From Candidatus Wukongarchaeum yapensis (GTDB taxonomy: Archaea; Asgardarchaeota; Wukongarchaeia; Wukongarchaeales; Wukongarchaeaceae): a stretch of 20,704 nucleotides of DNA. The notes beneath the pieces were generated by a model. That model saw only the letters and a list, made by a program, of their open reading frames with translations. It had not been told where the DNA came from and ran no database searches. Position 1 is the stretch's first letter; every line of letters starts with the position of its first letter. This document shows, one piece after another, positions 19,248 to 20,704 of this stretch. The translations under genes and the position numbers were made by a program. The DNA lies in assembly GCA_016840425.1 (NCBI GenBank), contig JAEOSI010000015.1:1-20704 (forward strand), read 5' to 3'.

Positions 19248-19382
19248 ACTGAAAAGCCCTAGTAACGAGACACGGTTTTCTGCGGGTGAATTATGGGTTT
19301 CTCTTATTTCAGGTTTTTTGATTTTTTCTTTTTTTCTTTGCTCGCCAAAGGATAACACTGATCCCCCCCCCGGCGAACATCT

Positions 19383-19810
19383 GCCGCCTCTGGGGCGGTT
19401 TATGGAAACGCGTTTCGAAGATTCAAAACGCATTCTTCGAAACAACTAAGGGGATACCTTTGAACCTTCGCGGGTTCATCAGACACCTCCTAATTAGAGC
19501 TATTGGCGCTGACAGCGCGCTTCAGCTCGCGCTCTCCTACATAAATAAAAGAGGAGAGACGGAAGTAGAGGCAACCGAACCGTCGGCGGGGTTCCGATCC
19601 TACCTCGGCAACTTAGCCCGTTCGGTCCTCGAAAACGCTGAAGAACTATGTGAGAATCGTAGCACTAGACGCAAACAGTCGTTACGCGTCGTCGTTGACC
19701 TTATAAACAATGAAGGACTATCTACCTTCAAAGGTCAACGATCTAAAGAAAACACCCTCAAAGGATTAAAATCGAAAATAAAGGCCTCAGAGACTTCCGA
19801 GGGCGTTTTC
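19383..19810 (+). ncRNA. Candidate structured RNA of unknown family (array of hairpins upstream of tRNA-Ser)
   Basis: At least nine stem-loops tile the region almost without gaps, with GC-rich stems and several A-rich loops. See findings. Confidence 0.55.
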
Positions 19811-19817
19811 CAGCGGA

Positions 19818-19946
19818 GCCGGGGTCGCCTAGTGGTATGGCGGTAGGCTCGAGTGCTTGATTTCTTGCCTGTCTGAGGGGGATAGGTTTTTTCGGGTTAC
19901 CTGCTGACGCTTGTGCGTCGCGTGGGTTCGAATCCCACCCCCGGCG
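19818..19946 (+). tRNA. tRNA-Ser(CGA) with a 45-nt intron at position 37/38 (19854-19898)
   Basis: Acceptor GCCGGGG/CCCCGGC with discriminator G, D arm GCCT-AGTGGTA-TGGC, anticodon stem GTAGG/CCTGC, anticodon CGA at 19850-19852, long variable arm GACGC-TTGT-GCGTC, T arm GTGGG-TTCGAAT-CCCAC. Splice helix CTCG/CGGG. Confidence 0.93.
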
Positions 19947-20087
19947 TCATAACTATCTCTTTTTTAGTATTGTATCATGAAGAAATAATTTGTAAATCGA
20001 TCTTTTTTTTGATGAAAAAGTTGAAAAAGATAGTTGTGTATGTGTATTTACTTTTCGCTTAGATTAACCTGCTTTTTAGGGAGATTG

Positions 20088-20704
20088 ATGACGATGATAT
20101 CATCTCTAATGGAAAAGTTGGCTGAAATGGAGAGCATACTCCGCGAGCGCTTCGAACGGGGAGGATACAAGTCGGAAATCATAACGGGGCCGGTATCCCC
20201 CGATCATGTGCCGAAAGTCTCGTCGGAAGAACAGGATCGCATCTCATCTTTGTTGGAGGAGAAGGGCAGGATCACAAAGAACATATGGGCGATAACGCAA
20301 ACCCCCGTGGAAGAGGACTTAGACCTCCTTCTAATGGAAGGAAACTACTACTACGACATCCAAAACTTCAGAAAAGCGAGGGAAAAGTTCGAAAAAGTGT
20401 TAAGAATAGACCCGGAAAACGTCAAAGCGCTAATAAACCTCGGGGTAACTCTCGAAGTGCTAGACGAATGGGAAAAAGCCCTAAAACACTTCCAGCGAGC
20501 TCTGAAGATCTTCGGGGAGTTGGGGGACAAGAGTGGTGTGTCCCTCTGCCTCAATAATATGGGCGCCATCTTTTATGATCAGGGTGATTATGGTGATGCT
20601 TTGGAGTACTTCCAGCGAGCTCTAAGGATCAGGGAGGAGTTGGGGGACAAGAGTGGTGTGTCCCTCTGCCTCAATAATATGGGCGCCATCTTTTATGATC
20701 AGGG
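20088..20704 (+). CDS. Tetratricopeptide-repeat protein; 3' end runs off the window
   Basis: Hand translation from ATG 20088 after AGGGAG: MTMISSLMEK..LMEGNYYYDIQNFRKAREKFEKVLRIDPENVKALINLGV..FQRALKIFGELGDKSGVSLCLNNMGAIFYDQGDYGDALEYFQRALRIREELGDKSGVSLCLNNMGAIFYDQG. Confidence 0.92.
   Translation, partial: MTMISSLMEKLAEMESILRERFERGGYKSEIITGPVSPDHVPKVSSEEQDRISSLLEEKGRITKNIWAITQTPVEEDLDLLLMEGNYYYDIQNFRKAREKFEKVLRIDPENVKALINLGVTLEVLDEWEKALKHFQRALKIFGELGDKSGVSLCLNNMGAIFYDQGDYGDALEYFQRALRIREELGDKSGVSLCLNNMGAIFYDQ
20488..20704 (+). repeat. 120-nt near-exact tandem repeat (one 40-aa TPR unit)
   Basis: 20516-20584 is identical to 20636-20704 (69 nt) and 20488-20503 is identical to 20608-20623. The array continues past the window edge. 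Confidence 0.95.

Noticed and set aside
19785-19797. CTCAGAGACTT resembling the group I intron R element
   Set aside because: No matching S, P or Q elements, and no interrupted host gene.
19383-19810. Identification as SRP (7S) RNA or RNase P RNA
   Set aside because: No SRP helix-8 pattern (AGG-NNN-GNRA-NNN-AGCA) and no RNase P P4 GAGGAAAGUCC-type motif seen on either strand.
19460-19846. 128-aa ORF on the plus strand
   Set aside because: It overlaps the first 29 nt of the tRNA, has no recognisable motif, and lies over the hairpin array. It has a TTG start with a possible SD, so it is not fully excluded.
19239-20569. ORF-track entries 19239-19445, 20285-20557 and 20351-20569
   Set aside because: The first overlaps a T-rich terminator-like tract and the hairpins. 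The other two are off-frame or antisense to the TPR gene.
20488-20704. CRISPR array or DGR template/variable repeat pair
   Set aside because: The repeats are in-frame 120-nt coding units with no spacers, the differences are not adenine-specific, and no reverse transcriptase is in the window.

Overview
AT-rich archaeal core-genome segment, probably from an Asgard archaeon (inferred from the EF-2 paralog pair, an SCP2-like protein and a 40-aa-repeat TPR protein). It opens with two head-to-head EF-2 paralogs separated by a small ORF. The minus-strand copy (truncated at the left edge, absent from the ORF track) keeps a diphthamide-loop His but has altered GTPase motifs. The plus-strand copy has canonical GTPase motifs, has lost that His, and carries a 179-aa mini-intein in its P-loop. 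Next come eno, cdc6/orc1, a tnpB-only IS200/IS605 element with recognisable ends, a wHTH regulator, mobB-moeA-moaB/moaC, rfcS, rtcB-archease and tuf-rps10. The right end is more GC-rich. It holds an SCP2-like ORF, an unexplained ~430-nt run of near-contiguous hairpins abutting an intron-containing tRNA-Ser(CGA), a 15-nt copy of the tRNA 3' end upstream of that run, and a truncated TPR gene (also absent from the ORF track) with near-identical 120-nt repeats. All calls come from reading the sequence by eye; no searches or folding programs were run.
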